Below, one piece after another: positions 26,728 to 35,904 of a stretch of DNA of 64,000 bases. Origin of the DNA: Escherichia phage BEU50; the sequence record OM632671.1; one strand, 5' to 3'. Under the pieces are notes generated by a model. It was not told the origin of the DNA, did no database searches, and saw only the letters and a list, made by a program, of their open reading frames with translations. The position numbers and the translations under genes are program-made. The first letter of the stretch is position 1, and the number at the start of each line of letters is the position of its first letter.

Positions 26728-27474
26728 ATGTTATCAAATAATAAAATTAACAAAATCAATCGTCGTCTTGACCACACCAGAGCTTCTGCGAAGAGACGCT
26801 CTAAGGATTTTAACTTAGACTTTAATTACCTTAAAAACATTCTTGATCAAAAGGTCTGCGCTTACTCAGGTGAATCTTTTAATAACTCTGTTGAAGGTGA
26901 GAAATTATCCTTAGAACGTTTTAATAATGATATAGGCTACATTAAAGGTAATGTTATCCCAGTTAAGAAAAAATATAACACGGCTCGTTCTGATTTAACA
27001 TTAGAAGAACTTATTGGGAAACGTGATGCCATTGCAAGACGTATCGCTAATCCTTCTGTCAGTAAAGTAGAGAAACTTAATCTTGACGAGAAGAAATGGG
27101 CCCAAATTAAAAAGGTTTATGATACTATTTTAAAAATCCGAGCAAAACGTGAAAATCGTGTTAAGCATATGGCGAACATGATGAAAAATCAACCTTTATC
27201 TAACGAATCTAAACTTAGAATTGTTGCTTTGAAAGCACGCATTAATGGCTCACATCAAGCACTAGGCCATGAACTTACTAAACTCAACGTTCTTCTTAAA
27301 GGCTCTGACTGGAAAACTAAAACTAAATTAACTGACGCTGAATCGCTTTTCGATACATATGATAAAGTTATCCAAGGTCTGCAACGTTTTGAAAAGATTG
27401 GTTTCATTGGTAAATTAAAATTGAAACGTGGCTTACCACTTAGCGCATCATTATTCCAACTGATTAAAGGTTAA
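26728..27474 (+). CDS. Hypothetical protein (248 aa), possibly HNH-like nuclease-related
   Basis: Weak HNH-like segment CAYSGESF...ERFNNDIGYIKGNVIP; position of T4 srd. Confidence 0.35.
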   Translation: MLSNNKINKINRRLDHTRASAKRRSKDFNLDFNYLKNILDQKVCAYSGESFNNSVEGEKLSLERFNNDIGYIKGNVIPVKKKYNTARSDLTLEELIGKRDAIARRIANPSVSKVEKLNLDEKKWAQIKKVYDTILKIRAKRENRVKHMANMMKNQPLSNESKLRIVALKARINGSHQALGHELTKLNVLLKGSDWKTKTKLTDAESLFDTYDKVIQGLQRFEKIGFIGKLKLKRGLPLSASLFQLIKG

Positions 27475-27476
27475 TT

Positions 27477-27788
27477 ATGGTTTATGTATATGCAATAGTT
27501 TATCGAGATATGGAAGGATTTACTGTCCCGGTTCCACTTGATGAGCATCGTCCTGCAGTATTTTTTAGAAAGGATATTGCAGATAAAGTTTTCGATACTT
27601 TGAAAACACAGTATAAAACAGATTTAAAAATGGGAGTTCTAAGAATGGTCGAAACTCCGCGTAAGTTCTGGTTTAATAAGCTTGAAATGAAACACGTTAA
27701 ACTAGATGCGGAGACGCAAAGATTGTATCAACGAATCCTGGACACAGGCCGTATTGTTAGTATTCCAATTGCAGGGACTTTACGATGA
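27477..27788 (+). CDS. Hypothetical protein (103 aa) upstream of dda
   Basis: ORF; overlapping stop/start with dda. Confidence 0.35.
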   Translation: MVYVYAIVYRDMEGFTVPVPLDEHRPAVFFRKDIADKVFDTLKTQYKTDLKMGVLRMVETPRKFWFNKLEMKHVKLDAETQRLYQRILDTGRIVSIPIAGTLR

Positions 27789-29098
27789 CATTTGATGATT
27801 TGACTGAAGGTCAGAAAAACGCCTTCAACGTTGTTATGAACGCTATTAAAGAAAAGAAACATCACGTAACTATTAATGGGCCTGCTGGTACAGGTAAAAC
27901 AACCCTTACTAGATTCATCGTTGAAGCCCTTATTTCTTCTGGAGAATCAGGTATTATTTTAGCAGCCCCTACACATGCTGCTAAAAAGGTTCTAAGCAAA
28001 CTTGCTGGTCAAGAAGCATCGACTATTCATAGCATTCTTAAAATCAACCCAACTACATACGAAGAAAACGTATTGTTTGAACAGAAAAAGGTTCCCGACT
28101 TAGCCTTGTGCCGTGTACTGTTATTTGATGAAGCGTCAATGTGCGACCGTTCTCTGTTTAAAATAATGTTAGCTAGTATCCCTAAATGGTGTACAGTAAT
28201 TGGAATCGGCGACCGATGCCAGATTCGACCGGTAGACCCAGGCGAATCAACTGCGTATCTAAGTCCTTTCTTCACTCACAAAGACTTCGTGCAATGCAAC
28301 CTTACAGAAGTTAAACGTAGCAATGCACCAATTATTGATGTTGCGACTGATATTCGTAATGGCAAATGGATTTACGATAAAGTAGTTGATGGGCACGGTG
28401 TTCATGGATATACAGACCTTAAATCGTATATGATGAACTATTTTAACGTTGTTAAAACTCCTGAAGACCTTTTCGAAAATCGAATGATGGCATTCACAAA
28501 TAAGTCAGTGGACAAGTTAAATTCAATTATTCGCCGAAAACTTCTTGAAACAGAAAAACCATTTATTAAAGACGAAGTCATTGTTCTACAAGAGCCATTT
28601 ACTAAGACATATAAGCTAGATGGTAAAAATATGACCGAAATGCTTTTCAATAACGGGCAATTCGTTCGTATTCGAGATGCTGTAGAAACGTCTACATTCG
28701 TTAAAGCACGTGGTGTTTCAGGCGAATATATGATACGATACTGGAATCTTACAGTAGAAACATATGGGGATGATGAAGAATATATCCGCGAAGATATAAA
28801 GGTTATTTCTTCTGAAGAAGAGCTTTATAAATTCAATTTGTTTTTGGCTAAGACTGCAGAAACATACAAATTCTGGAATAAAGGTGGTAAAGCTCCATGG
28901 AGCGAATTCTGGGATGCTAAACGTATGTTCACTAAGGTGAAGGCACTACCTGTATCAACCTTCCATAAGGCCCAGGGTATGTCTGTTGACACGGCCTTTG
29001 TTTATACACCGTGTATCCATTATGCTGATTCAGAATTAGCTAAACAGTTATTGTATGTCGGCACGACTCGTGGTCGTTTTGACGTCCATTTTATTTGA
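27785..29098 (+). CDS. dda: SF1 DNA helicase Dda
   Basis: Walker A NGPAGTGKTT; 437 aa; RecD-like motifs; T4 synteny with dexA. Confidence 0.9.
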   Translation: MTFDDLTEGQKNAFNVVMNAIKEKKHHVTINGPAGTGKTTLTRFIVEALISSGESGIILAAPTHAAKKVLSKLAGQEASTIHSILKINPTTYEENVLFEQKKVPDLALCRVLLFDEASMCDRSLFKIMLASIPKWCTVIGIGDRCQIRPVDPGESTAYLSPFFTHKDFVQCNLTEVKRSNAPIIDVATDIRNGKWIYDKVVDGHGVHGYTDLKSYMMNYFNVVKTPEDLFENRMMAFTNKSVDKLNSIIRRKLLETEKPFIKDEVIVLQEPFTKTYKLDGKNMTEMLFNNGQFVRIRDAVETSTFVKARGVSGEYMIRYWNLTVETYGDDEEYIREDIKVISSEEELYKFNLFLAKTAETYKFWNKGGKAPWSEFWDAKRMFTKVKALPVSTFHKAQGMSVDTAFVYTPCIHYADSELAKQLLYVGTTRGRFDVHFI

Positions 29099-29107
29099 GA
29101 GAAAATT

Positions 29108-29785
29108 ATGAGCACTGATGTTATTATAGATTTTGAAACATTCGGCAATACATCAAAAGCGGCTGTTATTGACCTTGCGGTTATTGCATATAATTCCGAC
29201 CCTGAAGTTGTTGAATCATTTGAAGAACTTGTTCAACGAGGTAAGCGAATTAAATTTAATTTAGCTTCTCAGAAAGGGAAGCGAGTTTTCGCTAAATCCA
29301 CTATGAAATGGTGGAAAGAACAATCGGCTGAAGCGCGTAAAAACTTGGCTCCGTCTGAAGACGATGTCACTACGCTTGAAGGCATTAAAATCTTTTTAGA
29401 CTATTGCCGAGCTAATAAAGTTGACCAATGGAAATCACAGATGTGGTGCCGTGGTATGAGCTTTGACTTCCCGATCTTGGTCGATTTGATTCGTGACCTC
29501 TATCGTGATGAAGGTGTTCTTGAACCAGATATTGATACTGATAAATTAGAACCGGTTAAATTCTGGGCTCAACGCGATATTCGTACGGCAATCGAAGCTT
29601 ACTCTTTGACACGAGGATTAAGTATGTGTCCATTACCGATGGGTACGCTAAAAGGATTCGTTGCCCATGATAGTATTCATGATTGTGCTAAAGATATTTT
29701 GATGTTAAAATATGCTCAGCGTTATGCGCTTGGCCTTGAAGATGTACCTGAGAATCCTGACCCGTTAAGTGTAAAACAGCGATAA
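29108..29785 (+). CDS. dexA: 3'-5' exonuclease DexA
   Basis: DEDD-type N-terminus VIIDFETFG; 225 aa. Confidence 0.8.
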   Translation: MSTDVIIDFETFGNTSKAAVIDLAVIAYNSDPEVVESFEELVQRGKRIKFNLASQKGKRVFAKSTMKWWKEQSAEARKNLAPSEDDVTTLEGIKIFLDYCRANKVDQWKSQMWCRGMSFDFPILVDLIRDLYRDEGVLEPDIDTDKLEPVKFWAQRDIRTAIEAYSLTRGLSMCPLPMGTLKGFVAHDSIHDCAKDILMLKYAQRYALGLEDVPENPDPLSVKQR

Positions 29786-29789
29786 AACA

Positions 29790-29819
29790 GTTTACAACCA
29801 AGGACGGTTGGAGTATAAT
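29790..29819 (+). promoter_or_regulatory. Early promoter (GTTTACA, 18 nt, TATAAT)
   Basis: Upstream of paralogue 1 (29851). Confidence 0.4.
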
Positions 29820-29850
29820 CTTTCTATCTTAACCAAACAGGAAAAACATT

Positions 29851-30345
29851 ATGAATATCAATACTACGGCTACTTACATCCTGAAAGACGAAAAACAAAT
29901 CAACTGGTACGGTGCTTCAGTGAGAGCTTATGAAAAGTTTTGTGAAATTTTAGGTGCCACTCAAGGTAATAGTTTCACTATTGTTAACTTCATCAAACAA
30001 GCTGAAGGCCCTTGGTTATTCTTAGAAATTAAAAATTCATACGGTACAATTTCTACTACCGCCCTTCCAAGCACCGACTTTGAACTGTTGATTGAAGAAG
30101 TAGAACCCGGTAAAGACATCTGTATTGATATGGATATCGCTTGTATGTACGGTACTCTGATTAAGCCTATTGAGCCTACTGATTTGTTGTGTAAAGCTGT
30201 TTCAATTCGACGTCCGTTCGCAGGTCCAGTGAGTGGATGGGTAACTGATCAATGGATTGAAGACGGTGTTGAACTTCTGAACGTTGTTCATGCAGGTGAT
30301 TTTAGTGTAGTTCCACGTAGTGCTGTGGTTAATATCCTTAATTAA
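29851..30345 (+). CDS. Tandem paralogue 1 of a three-gene family (function unknown)
   Basis: Shares C-terminal block ...WV(T/S)DQWIEDGVELLNVVHAGDFSVVP... with the next two ORFs. Confidence 0.45.
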   Translation: MNINTTATYILKDEKQINWYGASVRAYEKFCEILGATQGNSFTIVNFIKQAEGPWLFLEIKNSYGTISTTALPSTDFELLIEEVEPGKDICIDMDIACMYGTLIKPIEPTDLLCKAVSIRRPFAGPVSGWVTDQWIEDGVELLNVVHAGDFSVVPRSAVVNILN

Positions 30346-30347
30346 TG

Positions 30348-30377
30348 TTGTACATCCAAGGATGGATGGAGTATAGT
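30348..30377 (+). promoter_or_regulatory. Early promoter-like element (TTGTACA, 18 nt, TATAGT)
   Basis: Upstream of paralogue 2. Confidence 0.35.
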
Positions 30378-30407
30378 GAATTCAATTTAAACAAAGAGAG
30401 AAAAATT

Positions 30408-30863
30408 ATGATTACTATTGGTGAAATTAAGCGTGTATCGTCTGCATCTCGTTCTAAAGCTGCAGGTCGTCTAGTTGAAGTGGTAGGACTTCGTACTAAT
30501 GGTACTGGTCGTGTTAAAGAAGTTAAAGTTCGAATCATTCCTAGTTCTGGAAAAACTGAAACTCAGTACGCTTACGTAAGTCCTAAATTTTTGGAAACTC
30601 CTGTGAGCGCTCATTTTGCTTCTACTGAACCTAATGCACAGTTCAAATGGGCCCTTTGCAAAGGTGTTGAATTCCAGACGGATAAAGAATTTGACTTCAT
30701 CGATGAATACGGTTATCCAAGCAAAACTGATACTATGTGTGGCTTCATTAGTGACCAATGGGTTGAAGATGGTGAAAAGTTATACAATATCGTATTCTTA
30801 GGTGACTTCCGAGTTGTTAAAGAATCTGAAATCACTCGCTATGTGTCTCCTCGTAAAGCTTAA
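30408..30863 (+). CDS. Tandem paralogue 2 of the three-gene family
   Basis: ISDQWVEDGEKLYNIVFLGDFRVV; ATG at 30408 preceded by AAAGAGAG. Confidence 0.45.
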   Translation: MITIGEIKRVSSASRSKAAGRLVEVVGLRTNGTGRVKEVKVRIIPSSGKTETQYAYVSPKFLETPVSAHFASTEPNAQFKWALCKGVEFQTDKEFDFIDEYGYPSKTDTMCGFISDQWVEDGEKLYNIVFLGDFRVVKESEITRYVSPRKA

Positions 30864-30872
30864 GGAATTATT

Positions 30873-31292
30873 ATGAATATTGTAAATCTCTCTACAGGTG
30901 ATTATGTATATGTATCCGTTGCTTCTCGCTCTAAAGTTGCCGGGAAGTTGGTTGAAGTTCTTTCTGTGAGTGATCCGGTTTTTGGACGTAACGAAGTTAA
31001 AGTTCGTGACGCTGATGGTAACATTGGTTATGTCTCAAGCCAATTCATTGAACCAGAAGAAAAAGCGTTCAAATGGGGACTATGCAGATCAGTTTCTGTT
31101 GAAAAAGACCATGAATTCACTATTGCTGCGGCAACTGATGGAACACCGTGGAAAACTAAGCAAATCGCTGGATTTATTAGCGACCGTTGGGTAGAAGATG
31201 GTGTTAAGCTTTATAACATCGTTTTCGCTGGACAGTTCATGGTAGTTCCTGAATTCCAAATTAAAAAATATAGCCCAGCTGCTTTCGCATAA
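30873..31292 (+). CDS. Tandem paralogue 3 of the three-gene family
   Basis: ISDRWVEDGVKLYNIVFAGQFMVV; N-terminal ...SRSKVAGKLVEV... shared with paralogue 2. Confidence 0.45.
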   Translation: MNIVNLSTGDYVYVSVASRSKVAGKLVEVLSVSDPVFGRNEVKVRDADGNIGYVSSQFIEPEEKAFKWGLCRSVSVEKDHEFTIAAATDGTPWKTKQIAGFISDRWVEDGVKLYNIVFAGQFMVVPEFQIKKYSPAAFA

Positions 31293-31296
31293 AGTT

Positions 31297-31325
31297 GTTT
31301 ACTTCTCCTCTGGTTTTGGTATTAT
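31297..31325 (+). promoter_or_regulatory. Early promoter (GTTTAC, 17 nt, TATTAT)
   Basis: Upstream of the 31352 start. Confidence 0.35.
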
Positions 31326-31351
31326 AACCATATCAACCAGAGGAGAATAAT

Positions 31352-31876
31352 ATGTTAGTTTACCGCGTAGAACGTAGTTTTTGTACTCAACGTGAATCAT
31401 TACCAGGAATTGCTATCGAAGACGGTAAAGCCGTCAGAATTTGGGAAACCTCTTGGAATAAAGAACCTCGCTCACCATACGGTTGGTCGGGCACCGACAA
31501 CTCTGAAGAAACATGGGAGTTCCTTGATAAACATGGAATAATCTCAGGTAATTTCTACCATCACGGCGACAACTATAACGTCCCTAATCGTCCTACAGTA
31601 AATGAAGACAAACTCCTTGAACAAAATATCTTAAGATACTATAGAATTGAGCACACATTTGAATTGAGTGAAGATTGGGCTCAAGGGTTCTATTTTGGAT
31701 TTGAAAGTGTTGACGCGGTTTATGCATGGTTTGATGACCAGGTGGATGTTGAACTCTTGAAAGCTAAAGGATACTACATCGCGGTCTATGAAGCACCTGA
31801 TTTCATCCTCGGAAGTTGTCAATTAATGTTCAGACGTTCATTGGCAGAACAAGTTGATTTTATTTTGCTAAAATGA
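31352..31876 (+). CDS. Hypothetical protein (174 aa)
   Basis: ORF with RBS AGAGGAGAA. Confidence 0.4.
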   Translation: MLVYRVERSFCTQRESLPGIAIEDGKAVRIWETSWNKEPRSPYGWSGTDNSEETWEFLDKHGIISGNFYHHGDNYNVPNRPTVNEDKLLEQNILRYYRIEHTFELSEDWAQGFYFGFESVDAVYAWFDDQVDVELLKAKGYYIAVYEAPDFILGSCQLMFRRSLAEQVDFILLK

Positions 31877-31933
31877 TGTACAACAACTATGGTCTATGAT
31901 ACTATAGACCTATCAAAACAAGAGGAGAATATT

Positions 31934-32161
31934 ATGAAACGTCAAATCATTAAAAACGTAACTACTGATTCAAACATCGATGAGTTTGAAGATGTTCTGT
32001 TTAATCCTGATTTAGTTGTTGTACAGAAAAACTGGACCGAATTTTTATGCTACACTGAAGTGGTTTACGTTTACGAAAAACTCGGCGATGAAATGCCTAT
32101 CTATGGTATCTTCCGTGAAATCACTGAAAACGGTACAACTTATTGGAAGGAAACTTACTAA
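31934..32161 (+). CDS. Hypothetical protein (75 aa)
   Basis: ATG at 31934 preceded by AAGAGGAGAA and a promoter-like element at 31877..31905. Confidence 0.3.
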   Translation: MKRQIIKNVTTDSNIDEFEDVLFNPDLVVVQKNWTEFLCYTEVVYVYEKLGDEMPIYGIFREITENGTTYWKETY

Positions 32162-32574
32162 TGGCTAATAAATTCCGCGTTAACTCATGGTACCAATTTA
32201 AAGATAAACGTGCCCAAGAAGAGTTTATTAAAGACCACACTGATAATGGGATTTATGCACGACGTCTTGGCATGGAACCATTTAAAGTATTAGATGTTGA
32301 CCATCTTGGTCGTCCTACTAAAATTGTGACATCTACTGGCATGGTTGGATACGCAACAGGCGGTGATATCCTTGATGAAAACTTTATCTGGCTCTCCACG
32401 AATGAAGCAGAGTTCTTTGACGAAGTTGGAAATCCATATCAAGAGTCTAAAGAGCAAGATTCTGGTGAACTTGACGAATTGTCTGAATTTCCGGTGATGA
32501 CGATTACTATCGAAAATAACGACCAGGCATGGTCTTTGTATCAAATGTTGAAAGCTCACTTTAAGGAACAATAA
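32161..32574 (+). CDS. Hypothetical protein (137 aa)
   Basis: ATG overlapping upstream stop. Confidence 0.35.
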   Translation: MANKFRVNSWYQFKDKRAQEEFIKDHTDNGIYARRLGMEPFKVLDVDHLGRPTKIVTSTGMVGYATGGDILDENFIWLSTNEAEFFDEVGNPYQESKEQDSGELDELSEFPVMTITIENNDQAWSLYQMLKAHFKEQ

Positions 32575-32753
32575 TGCCGTTATACGACTATAAATGTCAA
32601 TCTGAAGATTGTGGTCATGAATATGAAAAAATTAAAAGAATTTCTGAACGAGAAAACGATGTTTGCCCTGAATGTCATCGTCTGTCTACTCGTCGGGTTT
32701 CTGCTCCTAAACATGTGAACGGTGGTTTTTACGACTTACTTAAGAAGGGTTAA
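32574..32753 (+). CDS. Small zinc-ribbon protein (59 aa)
   Basis: CQSEDCGH ... CPECH (two CxxC pairs); ATG overlaps upstream stop; below ORF-track cutoff. Confidence 0.35.
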   Translation: MPLYDYKCQSEDCGHEYEKIKRISERENDVCPECHRLSTRRVSAPKHVNGGFYDLLKKG

Positions 32754-32755
32754 TT

Positions 32756-33181
32756 ATGGCTTTTAAAGGTTTTGAAGTTGGTAAGAAATATCGTATTATC
32801 AAAGGACAAGAAGATAATTTCTTGAGAATTCTTAATACGACTGGTAAACGTCTTAATACTAATCTGCATACTACTTTATTGTCCAAAGATTTTATTGTGG
32901 AAGAGATGATTGGTTACGGTGTTTCGATGATTGCTGTAGAAGCCGTAGGCGATTATGGCCGAACTATTCATAGTATGCAAGGTGATATTCTGCTTTATGG
33001 TGCAGAATTTAAATTCTTTGAAGAAGTTCCGGAACCAGATACAGCTGTCGATTTCAAAAAAGGCTCTATAGAATTTGTTGATGGTTCGGTGATCGTATCA
33101 GGCGATGTGGTCATTACAGTTAAAAGTGAACAAGGGCGTTTAGCTGCAATTGATGCACTTCAGAAAATTAAATTTAAATAA
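32756..33181 (+). CDS. Hypothetical protein (141 aa)
   Basis: ORF directly upstream of gene 39; same length as T4 goF, not verified. Confidence 0.35.
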   Translation: MAFKGFEVGKKYRIIKGQEDNFLRILNTTGKRLNTNLHTTLLSKDFIVEEMIGYGVSMIAVEAVGDYGRTIHSMQGDILLYGAEFKFFEEVPEPDTAVDFKKGSIEFVDGSVIVSGDVVITVKSEQGRLAAIDALQKIKFK

Positions 33182-33199
33182 GGGCTTAGGCCCTTTTTG
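33181..33199 (+). terminator. Terminator-like hairpin (AGGGC-UUAG-GCCCU followed by UUUU)
   Basis: Short GC stem plus T run immediately after the 32756..33181 ORF. Confidence 0.4.
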
Positions 33200-33244
33200 C
33201 TTTAGATTTTGGATGATAGAATACCTTCATAACGAGGAGACAAC

Positions 33245-35065
33245 ATGATTAAAAATGAAATTAAGGTATTGTCAGATGTAGAACATATTAAGAAACGTAG
33301 TGGTATGTATATTGGTTCTTCTGCTAAAGAAGCACATGAGCGTTTTTTGTTTGGTAAATATCAACAAGTTGAATATGTTCCTGGTCTGGTTAAATTAATC
33401 GATGAGATTATTGACAACTCGGTTGATGAAGCTATTCGTACATCATTTAAGTTTGCAAATAAAATTGATGTGCAAATTAAAAATAATCAAGTTTCGGTGG
33501 AAGATAACGGACGTGGTATTCCTCAAGGTTTAGTTACCGACCAAACGGGTGAACAAATTCCTGGGCCTGTAGCAGCCTGGACTATTCCAAAGGCTGGTGG
33601 TAACTTTGGTGATGACTCTGAACGCAAGACTGGTGGTATGAACGGTGTAGGGAGTAGTTTAACTAATATCTTCTCTACGTTGTTTACAGGCATCACGTCA
33701 GATGGCGAAAATGAAATCACTGTTAACTGTTCAAACGGAATGGAAAACAAATCATGGTCTTCTAAGAAATCTAAAGGTAAAGGCACTAAAGTAATCTTCA
33801 CTCCTGATTTCTCTTCATTTGAAGAGCATAATTTATCTCAAATTTATTTAGATATTACTTTAGACAGACTTCAAACATTGGCAGTCGTTTATCCTGATAT
33901 CAAGTTCACATTTAATGGTAAAAAGGTTGATGGTAATTTTAAACGATTTGCTAAACAATTTGGTGAAGATAACATCATTCAAGAAAATGATAAAGTCTCT
34001 ATAGCATTCACAACATCACCAGATGGCTTCCGTCATTTAACTTATGTGAATAACATCCATACTAAAAATGGTGGCCATCATGTTGAATGTGTAATGGATG
34101 ATATCTGTGAACATCTTTTGCCGGGTATTAAAAAGAAATATAAGGGTATTGAAGTCACTAAAGCTCGTGTTAAAGAATGCCTCACAATGTTGATGTTTAT
34201 TAGAGACATGAGCAACATGCGTTTTGATTCTCAGACTAAAGAACGTTTAACGTCAACGTATGGTGATATTCGTAATCATATCCAATTAGATGCTAAGAAA
34301 ATTGCTCAGGCACTTCTTAAAAACGAAGCCTTGATTATGCCTATTGTTGAAGCAGCATTAGCTCGTAAATTGGCAGCAGAAAAGGCTGCAGAAACTAAAG
34401 CAGCTAAAAAGGCGACTAAAGCTAAGGTTCATAAGCATATTAAAGCTAACCAATGTGGTAAAGATGCAGATACGACATTGTTTTTAACAGAAGGTGATTC
34501 GGCAATTGGTTATCTCATTGATGTTCGTGACCGTGAACTACACGGCGGATTCCCATTACGTGGTAAGGTGATGAATAGCTGGGGTATGTCATATGCTGAT
34601 ATGATGAAGAACAAAGAGCTCTTTGATATCTGTGCTATCACAGGTCTTATTCTTGGTGAAAAGGCAGAGAATACGAACTATCGTAATATTGCAATTATGA
34701 CCGATGCCGATCATGACGGTCTTGGAAGTATCTATCCAGCTTTGCTTGCTTTCTTTAGTAATTGGCCTGAATTGTTTGAACAAGGACGTATTCGCTTTGT
34801 TAAAACGCCTGTAATTATTGCACAAATTGGCAAAACTCAAAAATGGTTTTATACTGTAGCTGAGTATGAAGAAGCTAAAGATACACTGCCTAAGCATAGT
34901 ATTCGATACATCAAGGGATTGGGCTCACTTCAGCGAGATGAATATAAAGAAATGATTCAAAACCCTGTGTACGACGTAGTTAAACTTCCTGAAAATTGGA
35001 AAGAACTATTTGAAATGCTCATGGGTAACGACCCTGAACTCCGTAAAGATTGGATGCTAGGATAA
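33245..35065 (+). CDS. 39: DNA topoisomerase II ATPase subunit, fused gp60+gp39 form (606 aa)
   Basis: GyrB-like GHKL ATPase N-terminus (LVKLIDEIIDNSVDEA), TOPRIM (LTEGDSA ... DADHDG); continuous ORF of the length of the fused 60+39 form. Confidence 0.9.
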   Translation: MIKNEIKVLSDVEHIKKRSGMYIGSSAKEAHERFLFGKYQQVEYVPGLVKLIDEIIDNSVDEAIRTSFKFANKIDVQIKNNQVSVEDNGRGIPQGLVTDQTGEQIPGPVAAWTIPKAGGNFGDDSERKTGGMNGVGSSLTNIFSTLFTGITSDGENEITVNCSNGMENKSWSSKKSKGKGTKVIFTPDFSSFEEHNLSQIYLDITLDRLQTLAVVYPDIKFTFNGKKVDGNFKRFAKQFGEDNIIQENDKVSIAFTTSPDGFRHLTYVNNIHTKNGGHHVECVMDDICEHLLPGIKKKYKGIEVTKARVKECLTMLMFIRDMSNMRFDSQTKERLTSTYGDIRNHIQLDAKKIAQALLKNEALIMPIVEAALARKLAAEKAAETKAAKKATKAKVHKHIKANQCGKDADTTLFLTEGDSAIGYLIDVRDRELHGGFPLRGKVMNSWGMSYADMMKNKELFDICAITGLILGEKAENTNYRNIAIMTDADHDGLGSIYPALLAFFSNWPELFEQGRIRFVKTPVIIAQIGKTQKWFYTVAEYEEAKDTLPKHSIRYIKGLGSLQRDEYKEMIQNPVYDVVKLPENWKELFEMLMGNDPELRKDWMLG

Positions 35066-35862
35066 TGAATTATCGTAAAATTTATGATAAACTTATCGCT
35101 GCGGCTAAAAACCGCAGCATTATTCCTAATTATACTGAGACACATCATATATTGCCAAAATCTATGGGTGGGAGTAATGATAAATCAAATCTAGTTAAAA
35201 TGACCCCTAGAGAGCATTTTATCGCCCATTTATTGCTTTATAAAATTCATAAGAACCGTTCTATGCTTATGGCTATTAGAGCTTTTTACATGGGAGCTAG
35301 AAATTCTAGAGATTATGATTGGCTTAAACAAGAATTCTCTAAAGAGCACTCTAGATTTATGAAAGAATGGATTGCTAAAAACGGCAACCCATTTAAAGGT
35401 AAAAAACATACTAAAGCAACAAGAGAATTAATGTCACATATTGCTTCACAACGTATAGGCGAATTAAATCCATTTTATGGTAAAACTCATACGCAAGAAG
35501 CAATAGATAAAATAATACAGGCCAACAAGTTATCTTGGGAGAATGGGCGAAAAGCACCTGTAAAAACAAAAGAACACCAGGATAAAATAACTAAATCAAG
35601 AATGGAAACATTTAAAACAAAAGGATTTAAACCATACACTCCTAGGTCGGAAGAAACTAAAGCTAAGACTAGAGAGTTGTATAAATCTAAATATGAAAGA
35701 AGGCCTATAAGAATCACAAGTGTAAAAACAGGTGAAACTATTGATTTTAACTATCTTTATGAATTAAGAGAGTATTTAGATATAGGGTCTTCTAATATAT
35801 TGAAAGCATTAAATAATCCTAACAGAACCTGCAAAGGTTATAAAATGTGTTGGATGTCCTAA
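35065..35862 (+). CDS. HNH homing endonuclease (MobA-like position)
   Basis: ETHHILPKSMGGSNDKSNLVKMTPREHFIAH; N-terminus MNYRKIYDKL parallels the other two HNH paralogues; ATG overlaps gene 39 stop. Confidence 0.7.
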   Translation: MNYRKIYDKLIAAAKNRSIIPNYTETHHILPKSMGGSNDKSNLVKMTPREHFIAHLLLYKIHKNRSMLMAIRAFYMGARNSRDYDWLKQEFSKEHSRFMKEWIAKNGNPFKGKKHTKATRELMSHIASQRIGELNPFYGKTHTQEAIDKIIQANKLSWENGRKAPVKTKEHQDKITKSRMETFKTKGFKPYTPRSEETKAKTRELYKSKYERRPIRITSVKTGETIDFNYLYELREYLDIGSSNILKALNNPNRTCKGYKMCWMS

Positions 35863-35885
35863 GCTCCTTCGGGAGCTTCATTTTA
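35861..35885 (+). terminator. Terminator-like hairpin (AAGCUCC-UUCG-GGAGCUU)
   Basis: 7-bp stem with UUCG loop immediately after the HNH gene; weak U tract. Confidence 0.4.
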
Positions 35886-35904
35886 ATTTTAATAAGGCTT
35901 AATT

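Noticed and set aside
33245-35065. Gene 60-type translational bypass (hop) element
   Set aside because: The topoisomerase ORF is continuous, with no internal stop or take-off/landing codon arrangement
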